NCBI GenBank assembly: GCA_017302015.1
Contig: JAFLEE010000016.1
Coordinates: 5,162 to 69,161 of the forward strand
Direction: 5' to 3'
DNA from: Spirochaetota bacterium
GTDB lineage: Bacteria; Spirochaetota; UBA12135; COTS27; JAFLEE01
DNA: 64,000 bases
Positions within the stretch are counted from its first letter, which is position 1. Each line of letters starts with the position of its first letter. The notes under the pieces are model-generated. The model searched no databases, was not told the DNA's origin, and saw only the letters and a program-made list of their open reading frames with translations. Made by a program: the position numbers and the translations under genes. This document shows positions 40,982-50,085 of this stretch, one piece after another.

Positions 40982-42147
40982 AAAAAACCAAGACCGCGCG
41001 AAAACCGAAGCGAAAGGCCGCCCCCGAGGAGAAACCCATGCCCACCACCGCCGCCGATGAACCGGCCACCGTCGCCCCCCCCGCCATGAAGCAGATCCTC
41101 GAGATGGTGCGCGCCGGCACCCTGACCGACGAACAGGCCGCCGCCCTCCTCGCCGAAATCGGCGGAAGCGGGGCCGCGTCTCCCGCCCGAGAATCCGCCG
41201 GGGAAACGGGGGCCGGCCGGCCCGTCGATATGGGAAGCCTCCTCTCCAATTCCATCGGCCGCCTCTTCGCCGGCGATGCCCTCCATAACCGGATGAAGGG
41301 CTCGAACGTGGAATCGCCCGAGGGCGTCGACTACGTCTTCAAGGACAATGAAATCGTCATGTCCAATATCCGCGGGATCCTATTTCGCAGGGCCTCTTTC
41401 GAACGCAACCGATTGACGGCCTCCAACGTGAAGGAGATCCTGGTGGAGGATGGGGCCCTCGCCGACGGGTCGCTTAAGATGTCCAACTTGAAAGAGGTGT
41501 CCATCCGATCATCCAGCGCCCGCGGCCTCGCGCTCACGGCCTCCAATATCCGCGAACTGGTCATGAAGAACCGCAGCCTCCTCGACGGGATCGAATTGCG
41601 CGCTTCCTCGATCAACGAATGGTCCCTCGACGAGGGCTCGGTCGAGGCCCTCGACCTCAAGGAATCCTCGATGAAGGACGTGTCCGTGGCCAAGAGTTCT
41701 TGGCGCCGTTCCTTCGTCCAGTTCGCCTCGATGGCCGATCTCCGCCTCTCGGGATCCGACCTCCAGGAGACCCAATTCCTCGCCTGCGAGCTCCGGGATG
41801 TTCTCATCGAGGATTCCCAAATTCGCTCCAGCCTCGTCCACTCGCTCCCGGCGAAGGATCTGTCCTTCCGCGGCTGCCGCTTCGACGACGTGCACCTCAT
41901 CGCCGGCGACGGTTGGCGGCGGCAAAAGTATGATACGGTGGCCTTCGAGGCCTGCCAATTCAAGCGGGTGCTCTTCTCGAATTGCCGCTTCGAGAAGGTG
42001 GTGTTCTCCAACATCACCGCGGAAAACGTCCAACTCGAGGGCGTGGTCCTCAAGAACCAGCGCATCGACGGGAACGAGGCCTTCCTGCGCCTCGCCAGCC
42101 CCCGCGCCGAATCGGCGAACGAGGGCGCCGGGGCGAAAAAAGGATGA
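40978..42147 (+). CDS. SHOCT-like domain + degenerate pentapeptide-repeat (20-residue period) beta-helix protein
   Basis: An ATGA start/stop overlap links it to the DUF2089 gene. It has a basic N-terminus (KKTKTARKPKRK) and the SHOCT-like stretch MKQILEMVRAGTLTDEQAAALLAEI. At least 10 tandem 20-aa units follow. The track ORF 40663.. is an out-of-context extension. Confidence 0.65.
   Translation: MKKTKTARKPKRKAAPEEKPMPTTAADEPATVAPPAMKQILEMVRAGTLTDEQAAALLAEIGGSGAASPARESAGETGAGRPVDMGSLLSNSIGRLFAGDALHNRMKGSNVESPEGVDYVFKDNEIVMSNIRGILFRRASFERNRLTASNVKEILVEDGALADGSLKMSNLKEVSIRSSSARGLALTASNIRELVMKNRSLLDGIELRASSINEWSLDEGSVEALDLKESSMKDVSVAKSSWRRSFVQFASMADLRLSGSDLQETQFLACELRDVLIEDSQIRSSLVHSLPAKDLSFRGCRFDDVHLIAGDGWRRQKYDTVAFEACQFKRVLFSNCRFEKVVFSNITAENVQLEGVVLKNQRIDGNEAFLRLASPRAESANEGAGAKKG
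41356..42058 (+). repeat. tandem degenerate 60-nt (20-codon) coding repeats
   Basis: Repeat units include VMSNIRGILFRRASFERNRL, TASNVKEILVEDGALADGSL, KMSNLKEVSIRSSSARGLAL, TASNIRELVMKNRSLLDGIEL, RASSINEWSLDEGSVEALDL, KESSMKDVSVAKSSWRRSFV and QFASMADLRLSGSDLQETQF, among others. Confidence 0.6.
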
Positions 42148-42197
42148 AGAAGCGGCCCACGCGTTCCCGCGGAGCGCCCCTAGACAGGGCCTGGGGC

Positions 42198-43433
42198 TCA
42201 GTCCCGTTGGATCCCGCGACTACGGGGGCGTTTTTCCTTCCGTTTCGTGCTTGGCGCCTGATGGCGGCGGGCGACGGGCCGGTGGGGGGATTCCAGCACG
42301 GGCACCGGGGCGCGGTGCAAGCGCCTCCAGAGAAGGGTGAGCGCGCCCATGCCGAGGAGCCCGGCGAGCAGGGCCAATTGGAACGCCGGCCCCGAGGCCA
42401 GCGGCGCCCCTGAAAGGGTCGGTTCCCGCAGCGCCGCCCGGGCGGCTGCATCCCCGCCCGCCTTGCGGTGGCTGGCGATTTCCTCCTCGATGCGGGCGAG
42501 TTCCCTTTTGAGGGCGCGCAGGTCGCGTTCGTGGTCGGCTCGCGTCAGGGAAGAAACGGCCTGGTCCCGCGCCTGGCTCGCCTCGCGGGCGAGGCGGGCG
42601 ATTTCGGCCTCTTGGGACGCCACCAAACGCTCGAGTTGGTCGATATGGTCGCGATTGGAGCGGTCCTCCCGGCGGGTCCCTTCGGCGAGCGCTTGAAGCG
42701 CTGCCGAGGGGTCGACGCTTCGTGCGGTGGCCACTTCTCGGGTGAGCCGCGCGACATCTTCGCGGAACGCGGCCATTTCGCGCTCCAGCTGGCCGCGTTC
42801 GGCGGCCTCGACGGCCCGTTCATTGGACCAGCGGGAAATCACGGCGCTCCATTCGGCCGGGCGGGGATCGGAAACCCTACCTTGGAGCCGGTCGAGGGCC
42901 GCGGTGAGCGAGTCGCTCCGTTGGTTCTCGCCGTCGGCAATCCTCGCCGCCACGAAGGCGCGGGTGGCCGAAATTTGGCCCGAGAGTTCGACGAGGGTCC
43001 GGGCGGCTTGCTGGTGGAGTCCGGTCAGATAGGCACCCAGGGAGATCGCGCCCAGTTTCCGGCAGCGCACGACCGGGCTATCGCCGGACGCCAGGACGGG
43101 GAACCGATTGGTGAGTTTCGCCAGATCGCCGACGGGCCGGTCCTTCCGCGCCGCGAGGGCGCGCGCTAGCGAATCCAGTCGGGGGGCCACCCGGTCGAAT
43201 TCGGCCAGGGCCAGGCCGGCTTGGTTGGTCAGCAGGTGCCCGTAGGCCGCGTCGATGCCGTCTCGTAAATCGCAGAATTCATTGATCGAGGGGGTTTCCG
43301 ACGCCTTCACGCTTTCGCCGAAAAGCAGCCGTGAGACGGCGAGGAACGCGATCGCCCAGAGGCCCCAGCGAACCTTCGCCCCGAATCCCCCCGCTGTGAA
43401 AAAGCCGAACCGGTTGGAAAGCCTTGGCCCCAT
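42198..43433 (-). CDS. hypothetical bitopic coiled-coil membrane protein
   Basis: N-terminal hydrophobic segment WGLWAIAFLAVSRLLF. A long Ala/Arg/Glu heptad-like region (EREMAAFREDVARLTREVA...LKRELARIEEEI) is followed by a C-terminal transmembrane helix FQLALLAGLLGMGALTLLW and a basic tail. I recognise no family. Confidence 0.45.
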   Translation of the reverse strand: MGPRLSNRFGFFTAGGFGAKVRWGLWAIAFLAVSRLLFGESVKASETPSINEFCDLRDGIDAAYGHLLTNQAGLALAEFDRVAPRLDSLARALAARKDRPVGDLAKLTNRFPVLASGDSPVVRCRKLGAISLGAYLTGLHQQAARTLVELSGQISATRAFVAARIADGENQRSDSLTAALDRLQGRVSDPRPAEWSAVISRWSNERAVEAAERGQLEREMAAFREDVARLTREVATARSVDPSAALQALAEGTRREDRSNRDHIDQLERLVASQEAEIARLAREASQARDQAVSSLTRADHERDLRALKRELARIEEEIASHRKAGGDAAARAALREPTLSGAPLASGPAFQLALLAGLLGMGALTLLWRRLHRAPVPVLESPHRPVARRHQAPSTKRKEKRPRSRGIQRD

Positions 43434-43649
43434 GGAATCCCCCGTTGCCGCCAGAGATTTTCAAGCCTCCACGGGAGCATGGGCAATCTGAAACACGATC
43501 TCAACCTGATTTACCGGGTATTTCGGACTCGGATTCGCTCGGAATCTTTTTCATTTTTCCCGGGTGACGCGTTCTCCCCCCGCCTGGGGCAACAGGGAAC
43601 GCCCTTCGCCAGGAAGAAGCGCGCCCGGAGCGGTTAGGGATGGGGCCGC

Positions 43650-45164
43650 TTAGCGGTTCGAGATCGCGTAGACGATCCCGTAGGTCGGCACGTAGAGCGA
43701 ACGATTGGCGGCGATGGGCATGCCGGTGAGTTCCTTGCGCATGCCGGCCTGGGAGAGCAGGTTGAGGGTCCGGCCCTGGGCGAAGATGTAGAAGCGGCCG
43801 GCCTTATTGCCCACGAAGACCTTACCGTCGGCGACCAGGGTGGTCTGCCAGATGGCCGCGCCGGTATCGTAGACCCACTGGGGCGCGCCGGTTTGGGCGT
43901 CGAGGCAATGCACCTTCCCGCCCAGATCCGCGAAATAGAGGAGCCCGCCCTGGATCGCCGCGGTGGAGACGCTCTGGCTGCAATTCGTGTAGGCCCAGAC
44001 CGGCCCGGCCGCGGTGAGGTCGCCGCGCCCCTTCGGTTCGAGGCAGACGAGGATGCCGGGCCGGTTGCGGTGGCTCCAGTCTTCGCCGGTGGCGGCGTAG
44101 ACCCGATTCCCCACCGCGACGGGGCTCGCGATGATTTCGCTGGGCTTCGCCCCCGCGCCGCGCCAAGCGTTCAGATTGAAGGACCAGAGTTTCTTGAGGA
44201 GGGCGGGGGAGCCCGGGGCCGGTTTGGGATCGAAGGCGTAGAGCACGCCGTCGCCGCCGCCGAAGAGCACCTGCGCCTCGCCGCTGATGACCCCGAGGGC
44301 CGGCGTGCACCAGGTGCCGTGGGGGATGCGCGGGCCGATATTCTCGCCGTCCTGCCCGACGAGGGCGCCGGTCTTCTTGTCGAGGGCGATGAGCGAGGGC
44401 ACGTTCGACCAGGGGCTGGGCTTCAGGTGCTCGCGGGTGAGGCCGATGCCCGTGTTGACGAAGAGGAGCTCGCCCACGAGGAGCGGGCTGCTGGAGTAGC
44501 CGTCGTGGGGCTTGCAGCCCGTGCTCTTCTCGAGGTCGAAGCGCCAGAGGATATCGCCGTCTTTCGCGTCGAGGGCGGTGGGCGCGCCTCCCCCGCAGAG
44601 TTCGGCCTCGTTGGTGAAGGGCCCGTCGTTGCCGTCGGCGAGCCCCTTCATGTCGACGCAGAAGACCTCGGCGTTATAGCCCGCGAAATAGGCCCGGCCG
44701 GATTCGATGGTGGGCGAGGAGCAGATGCCCAGGGAGATCTCGGAGAGGAAGGTATTGCTCGCGCCGATGCGGGGAATGCTCAGGTGCCAGAGCAGGCGCC
44801 CCGACGATTCGTCGAAGCAGAGGAGAGACCCGCGGTCCCCCTGGTACTTGGGGATGTTCACGTAGCGCGTCGTGCCGACGAGGAGCCGACCCTCCGAGAC
44901 CACCGGGGTTCCGTAGGAGAGATAGCCCGTATAGGCGGCCCATTTCACGTTGCGGGACGCCCCCGCCTCGAAATAGCCCGTGTTGCTCGAGAAGGCGGTG
45001 TGGAAGGAGGACGGCAGGTTGGTTTCGTCGCTGACCGGGTTGCGGTCGGGGGTGCGCCCCCAGGTCGTCCAGTCACCGGCCGGAAGGCAGGCGAGGAGCG
45101 AGAGGACCGCGAGGATGGGCGGGAGGGAGGGGCGGCGACCTGCGCTGTTTTGGATGTATTTCAT
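43650..45164 (-). CDS. PQQ-like (BamB-type) beta-propeller repeat protein, secreted
   Basis: Start MKYIQNSAGRRPSLPPILAVLSLLACLPAGDW. Repeated motifs of the form G.vYa....G.l.alD..tG..lW recur throughout. Confidence 0.7.
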   Translation of the reverse strand: MKYIQNSAGRRPSLPPILAVLSLLACLPAGDWTTWGRTPDRNPVSDETNLPSSFHTAFSSNTGYFEAGASRNVKWAAYTGYLSYGTPVVSEGRLLVGTTRYVNIPKYQGDRGSLLCFDESSGRLLWHLSIPRIGASNTFLSEISLGICSSPTIESGRAYFAGYNAEVFCVDMKGLADGNDGPFTNEAELCGGGAPTALDAKDGDILWRFDLEKSTGCKPHDGYSSSPLLVGELLFVNTGIGLTREHLKPSPWSNVPSLIALDKKTGALVGQDGENIGPRIPHGTWCTPALGVISGEAQVLFGGGDGVLYAFDPKPAPGSPALLKKLWSFNLNAWRGAGAKPSEIIASPVAVGNRVYAATGEDWSHRNRPGILVCLEPKGRGDLTAAGPVWAYTNCSQSVSTAAIQGGLLYFADLGGKVHCLDAQTGAPQWVYDTGAAIWQTTLVADGKVFVGNKAGRFYIFAQGRTLNLLSQAGMRKELTGMPIAANRSLYVPTYGIVYAISNR

Positions 45165-45401
45165 GGGAAAGTTCGCCCGGAAGCTTACGATGAATCGTTG
45201 CAGCCAGCGCCAAAATCCTTCAAAAATCCGGTCAAACGGGGTGTCGCGTCGCTCCCCTCCCCGCAACCCACGAGGGAAGCGGGAATCGAGGGTAAGTGAT
45301 CCCCCGGCAAAAATGGCCATCGGGGCGAGTTCGCGCCGAAACCTGAAAAGGATCTTCCCCAGGGCCGATGAAGCCCCGAGTGCCGCCTCCGGGATGGGGC
45401 G

Positions 45402-47186
45402 TCAGCTGGCGGGCTTCCTTCCCTTCACCCACGCCGGTTTGCGCGCGCCGGCCTTCGCCCCGTAGGGTCGGGGCCGGGGGCGTGCCGGGGCGCCCGGCTC
45501 GCCCATGCCGTCTTGCTTCTCGGCGACGTCCATGCGAAGGCGGCGGCCCTTGATCTGGGAATCGCCGATGGCGCGCATGACCTGCTCGGCGTACTGGGTC
45601 GCCACGCCGACGTAGCTGCATTTCTCGTAGATTTCGATCTTGCCGACGGCGCCCTGGGGGAGCGCGGCGGTATTGTAGAGGGCCCCGGAAATTTCCCGCG
45701 GGGTGACCTCGTCCATGGCGCCGACGTTGATGAAGAGGCGCGTGAAGGGGACGTCGGGGTTGATGGGGGCCGAAGGCGGCCGGGGTGGGTGGGGGCGGGT
45801 GGCCGGGCCCTCGCCCCGGGCCAAGGGGCGGCCGGGGCGCTCGCGGTAAGCGGGTTGGGGGCGGTCCTCCTGGATCGCCTGGCCGGCTTCGCGCACCCCG
45901 TCGTTGATCCACAGGTGCATGAGGGCGCTGGCGATCTCGATGCTGCTGTGCCCGGCGTCGAGGAGCTTCTGCACCTCGGCCTCGTGGTCGCCGAACTTGC
46001 CCTCCTCGAGGGCGAGGCGCAGCTTCTCGAAGTGGGCGCCCACGCGCTTGCCCTCGACCTCGTCGAGGGTGGGCACGCGGTGTCGCTCGATGCGCACCTT
46101 GGCGAAGCGCTGGATGCGCTGGAGCAGGAAGATCTCGCGGCCGGTGACTAGCGAGAGGGCCTTCCCCGAACGGCCGGCGCGGCCCGTGCGGCCGATGCGG
46201 TGCACGTAGTCCTCTTCGTCGTAGGGGAGGTCGAGGTTGATGACGAGATCGAGGGTGTCGACGTCGAGGCCCCGGGCGGCCACGTCGGTGGCGACGAGCA
46301 CCTCGACGTTGCCCGAGCGGAAATTGCGCATCACCCGGTCGCGGGCGACCTGGTTGAGGTCGCCGTGGAGGCGGTCGGCGGCGTAGCCCCGGGCCACGAG
46401 CGCGTCGGCGGCGTCGTCGACGGCGCGCTTGGTGTTGGCGAAGACGAGGGTGAGGTGCGGGTTCTCGAGGTCGAGGATGCGGCAGAGGGCCTCGATCTTG
46501 GAGCGGCTCATCACCTCGTAGTAGCGCTGCTCCACCGTGGGCACGGTGAGGGCCTTGTGCTCGACGCTGATGAGGGCGGGGTCGCGGGTGTAGCTTTCGA
46601 TGAGGCGCCGGATGGGGCCGTCGATGGTGGCGGAGAAGAAGAGGGTCTGCCGCTCGTCGGGGATCGCCTTCATGAGGCGCTCGATATCCTCGCGGAAGCC
46701 CATGTCGAGCATCTCGTCGGCCTCGTCGAAGACGAGCATCTCGATGGACTGGGTGCGCAGGATGCCCTTGTCGACGAAGTCGAGGATGCGCCCCGGGGTG
46801 CCGACGACGATCTGGGCGCCGTCGCGCAGGCCGCGGATCTGCCGCTCGTAGGTCGCGCCGCCGTAGATGGGGATCGCCTTGAGGCCGCGCTTGTGCACGG
46901 TGAGTTTGGAGACCTCTTCGCAGACCTGCATGGCGAGTTCCCGCGTCGGGCACATGATGAGCGCGCGCACGTCGCGGGCGGCGGCGTCGAGGCGCTGGAC
47001 GACGGGGATCGCGAAGGCCATGGTCTTGCCCGAGCCGGTCTGGGACTGGCCGACGACATCGCGGCCCTCGAGGGCGGGGGGGATGGCCTGGGCCTGGATG
47101 GGCGCCGGCTGGTCGAAGCCGAGGGCCGCCACGGCGGCGAGAAGATCGGGGGAGAGGCCCAATTCGGGGAAGGGTTTCTTGTCCAT
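45402..47186 (-). CDS. deaD: DEAD-box ATP-dependent RNA helicase with DbpA-like RNA-binding domain and Arg/Pro-rich tail
   Basis: Q motif PAPIQ, motif I GSGKT, motif II DEAD, motif III SAT, motif VI HRIGRTGRAG. The start is at MDKKPF (47186). Confidence 0.9.
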   Translation of the reverse strand: MDKKPFPELGLSPDLLAAVAALGFDQPAPIQAQAIPPALEGRDVVGQSQTGSGKTMAFAIPVVQRLDAAARDVRALIMCPTRELAMQVCEEVSKLTVHKRGLKAIPIYGGATYERQIRGLRDGAQIVVGTPGRILDFVDKGILRTQSIEMLVFDEADEMLDMGFREDIERLMKAIPDERQTLFFSATIDGPIRRLIESYTRDPALISVEHKALTVPTVEQRYYEVMSRSKIEALCRILDLENPHLTLVFANTKRAVDDAADALVARGYAADRLHGDLNQVARDRVMRNFRSGNVEVLVATDVAARGLDVDTLDLVINLDLPYDEEDYVHRIGRTGRAGRSGKALSLVTGREIFLLQRIQRFAKVRIERHRVPTLDEVEGKRVGAHFEKLRLALEEGKFGDHEAEVQKLLDAGHSSIEIASALMHLWINDGVREAGQAIQEDRPQPAYRERPGRPLARGEGPATRPHPPRPPSAPINPDVPFTRLFINVGAMDEVTPREISGALYNTAALPQGAVGKIEIYEKCSYVGVATQYAEQVMRAIGDSQIKGRRLRMDVAEKQDGMGEPGAPARPRPRPYGAKAGARKPAWVKGRKPAS

Positions 47187-47285
47187 CGGAGGTCCTTGGC
47201 GCGCGAACGGGCCGAAGGGGTATGTTCCCATGGAAAGCGCTATTTCAGGCCCCCTTTTTGCGCTTCAAGCGCCTTTTTCCGGGCG

Positions 47286-50060
47286 CTAAAGCAGGCGGCG
47301 CCCGAACTGGGCGCTGTGGGTATCGGCCACCGCTTCCCCCCGGTCGACGCGGCGCAGGATCTCGAGGGCCGCCTCGGATCCGTACGGGCGCGTGAGGAAA
47401 TCCACCCGGAAATCGCGCACGCCCAGGGCTTCGAGCGCGGGCCGCCGCTCGGCGATGCTGTAGGCCGCCGCCCCGTAGACGATGCTGCGGCATTGCTCGT
47501 GGGCCACGGTGAAGCGCTCGCCCTTGGTGTTCTCGATCTCGAGGGTGCGGTAGCCGCAGGCCTTGCTCCCCGGGCAGCCGCCGTGGAGCGCGGTGAGGGA
47601 GCAGGCCTCGGCGATGAAGAGCGGGGTATCTTTATAGAGGATGGCCCGGGGCCTCGCCAGGTCCCAGGGGAAGCGCCCCAGTTGGCTGCTTAGGTTCTCC
47701 CGGTCGTCCTCCACCGAGAGGGTGATGATGGAGAAGCCCTGCTCCCCCCAGAAGCGCGAGGCCTGGGCGTTGAGCGCGTAGAGGAAAAAATCCGTGGCGA
47801 GGGAGGCCGACTTCGGGATCTCGCCGCCCGGGGAAAGCCGGCGAAGCAGCCCTAAGGCGCCGAGATTCCCGAGTTCGAAGGCGGGGGTTGGGGATTCCAG
47901 GGCTAGGCGGACCCACGCTTTGAGGTGGGGGGCGTCCCAGGGGCGGATCACCGTGGGGAGGGCGAGGCGCAATTGGGCGCCCATCCCGGCGGCGGCGTCC
48001 GTCAGGCGAGCCCACCCTTCGGCGGGGTTGGCTTGGCCGAGGAACATGCGCTTGGGCTCGAAGCAGAGTTCCCGGATGGGGAGGCTCGGCCCTTCCCCCA
48101 TGTACCGACCCAGGGCCTCCAAGATCTCGAGGCGGTCGAACTTCACCCCGAGGGTCGAGTCGGCCACCGCGGGCGCCCCGCTGGGGGCCCAGGCCGCGAG
48201 GGCCTCGTTGGCAGCATGGGAAATGAGGGCGGCGAGGGAAGGCGAGAGGGAGGAGGAGAGTTTTTGCTTCAGCCCCTTCAGCAGGCTCGGCGGGATGAAG
48301 AAGTTCGTGTCCCCCTCCACGAGGATGCGGGTGCTCTCGAATCCGGCCTCGCCGTAGAGGGCGAAGAGGTCCTTAAGGATGCCCGGGAGCCGGGATTCGC
48401 CGCGGGGCCGCTCCGCCTTGGCGACCAGCACCTCCCGGGCGATGATCCCCCGGGGCCCGTGGATCGCCACGGCGACCCGCAATTCCTGGCCCATCGCCTC
48501 GAGGGCGATGCGCGTCTCCACCGGCGCGAGCACGCGCAGGCGTTCCTCGGCGCCGGGGCGGGCGAGGCGATCGACCTGCTGGCGTAGCGCGTCGCTGCGG
48601 GTCTTGCGCACGAGATCGCCGGGGGCCGGCATCGGGTGGCCTTCGGGCACCTCGATCCACACCTCGGCCTCGGCGGGGCATTCGTAGACCGCGCGAGCGT
48701 CGCGCTTCAAGCCGTGGATGCCGAATCGAAGCCCGAGGTTCTCGTAACGGGCCTCGAGTTCCTGGAGGGGATCCGTGGGGCCCCCGGCGCCCGCATTCGG
48801 TTCCCCGGCGCTCCCGTGCTGGGGTTCGGCGTGGTAGAGCACGCCGGGCGCGTCGATGCGCAGGCCGTCGTGGCGGGAGAGGGCGACCCGGGAGCGGAGG
48901 CGGATCCACCGGTCCTCCACTGCCTCGATGGCCCCGGCGAGGGCGCCCTTATGGCTGGGCTCGTCGAGGTCGATGACGTTCTCGGCGTAGCGGCCCTTCA
49001 CGTGGAAGGCGGTGGGGGCTCGGTGGAAGGTGAAGTCGTGGAACTGGTGGAGTTGGGATGGCTGGGCGTCGAACTCCCGCGCCGTCAGCGGGGCCCCGGC
49101 GCGCAGGGTCGGGCGTCCGAAGAGGGCGTCGAGGCGGGCGCGGTAGAGCGAGACGGCCGTGGCCACGTACTGGGCGTCCTTCTTGCGCCCCTCGATCTTG
49201 AGGGCATCGACGCCCGCGCGCACCCAAAGGTCGACCGCGTCGGCCGTGTCGAGGTCTTTCATCGAGAAGAGGAAGCCGTGGCCCGGTTCGCTGAGAATCT
49301 TATAGGGCTCGCGGCAGGTATAGGCGCATTCCCCCCGGTTCCCGCTGCGCGCGTCCTGGGCCCCGGAGAAGAGGCAGAGGCCGGAGTAGGCGTAGCAGAG
49401 CGAGCCGTGGCAGAAGACCTCGAGTTCGGTGTCGGCGGGGGTGTGCTCCCGCAGGCGCCTCACCTCTTCGGCGGTGAGTTCCCGGGCCAGCACGACGCGG
49501 CGGAACCCCAGGCGACGGGCCTCGAGCACGCCCTCGAGATTATGCAGCGCCATCTGGGTGGAGGCGTGGAGGCGGAAGGAGGGGAAATGCGTTCGGATGA
49601 GGCGCAGCACGCCGGCGTCCTGGATGATGAGGGCGTAGACGCCCAGGGGCTCGAGGCGGGCGAGGAGCTCGCAGAGGTCGCGGCGTTCCGTGTCCTTCAC
49701 CACCACGTTCACGGCGACGAGGACCTTCATGCCGTACTGCCGCGCCAGGGGCAGGAGCTCCGCCAGGTCTTCGATGGCGAAATTGCGCGCCCGGGATCGG
49801 GCGTTGAACTGGTCGAGGCCGAGGTAGACGGCATCGGCCCCCGCGTGGAGGGCGGCGAGGAAGGCCTCGCGCCCCCCCGCCGGGGCGAGGAGTTCGGGGA
49901 CCTTGGCGTCGGGAGCCGGCGGATGGATGGGGCGCGGCTGGGCGGGGCTGCTTTGGCTATTCAATATAGAAGAAAGATAACACGGGGAGGGGATTTGGGC
50001 GAATAGGGCCGCGGACAGGGCCCGCTTCGGGGGATGCCCCCATCTGTGGCGGACGGTCAA
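47286..50060 (-). CDS. long-form peptidase-U32-family protein (Fe-S RNA/quinone hydroxylase-type family)
   Basis: EVFCHGSLCYAYSGLCLFS appears to match the U32 signature as I recall it, E-x-F-x2-G-[SA]-[LIVM]-C-x4-G-x-C-x-[LIVM]-S. The canonical N-terminus PELLAPAGG begins only at about residue 55 of the TTG-initiated ORF, so the true start is uncertain. Confidence 0.8.
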   Translation of the reverse strand: MTVRHRWGHPPKRALSAALFAQIPSPCYLSSILNSQSSPAQPRPIHPPAPDAKVPELLAPAGGREAFLAALHAGADAVYLGLDQFNARSRARNFAIEDLAELLPLARQYGMKVLVAVNVVVKDTERRDLCELLARLEPLGVYALIIQDAGVLRLIRTHFPSFRLHASTQMALHNLEGVLEARRLGFRRVVLARELTAEEVRRLREHTPADTELEVFCHGSLCYAYSGLCLFSGAQDARSGNRGECAYTCREPYKILSEPGHGFLFSMKDLDTADAVDLWVRAGVDALKIEGRKKDAQYVATAVSLYRARLDALFGRPTLRAGAPLTAREFDAQPSQLHQFHDFTFHRAPTAFHVKGRYAENVIDLDEPSHKGALAGAIEAVEDRWIRLRSRVALSRHDGLRIDAPGVLYHAEPQHGSAGEPNAGAGGPTDPLQELEARYENLGLRFGIHGLKRDARAVYECPAEAEVWIEVPEGHPMPAPGDLVRKTRSDALRQQVDRLARPGAEERLRVLAPVETRIALEAMGQELRVAVAIHGPRGIIAREVLVAKAERPRGESRLPGILKDLFALYGEAGFESTRILVEGDTNFFIPPSLLKGLKQKLSSSLSPSLAALISHAANEALAAWAPSGAPAVADSTLGVKFDRLEILEALGRYMGEGPSLPIRELCFEPKRMFLGQANPAEGWARLTDAAAGMGAQLRLALPTVIRPWDAPHLKAWVRLALESPTPAFELGNLGALGLLRRLSPGGEIPKSASLATDFFLYALNAQASRFWGEQGFSIITLSVEDDRENLSSQLGRFPWDLARPRAILYKDTPLFIAEACSLTALHGGCPGSKACGYRTLEIENTKGERFTVAHEQCRSIVYGAAAYSIAERRPALEALGVRDFRVDFLTRPYGSEAALEILRRVDRGEAVADTHSAQFGRRLL

Positions 50061-50085
50061 ACTCGCGCCGTAAAGCGGCCTTGGA

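Noticed and set aside
45232-46953. 573-aa same-strand alternate-frame ORF inside the DEAD-box helicase gene.
   Set aside because: It has Arg/Pro/His-dominated composition and no motifs. The helicase frame carries every canonical motif.
47260-47272. GCGCT-TCA-AGCGC hairpin flanked by T tracts between the U32 and helicase genes, resembling an intrinsic terminator.
   Set aside because: The T tract follows the hairpin only on the plus strand, whereas both flanking genes are on the minus strand. On that strand the hairpin is followed by A residues.
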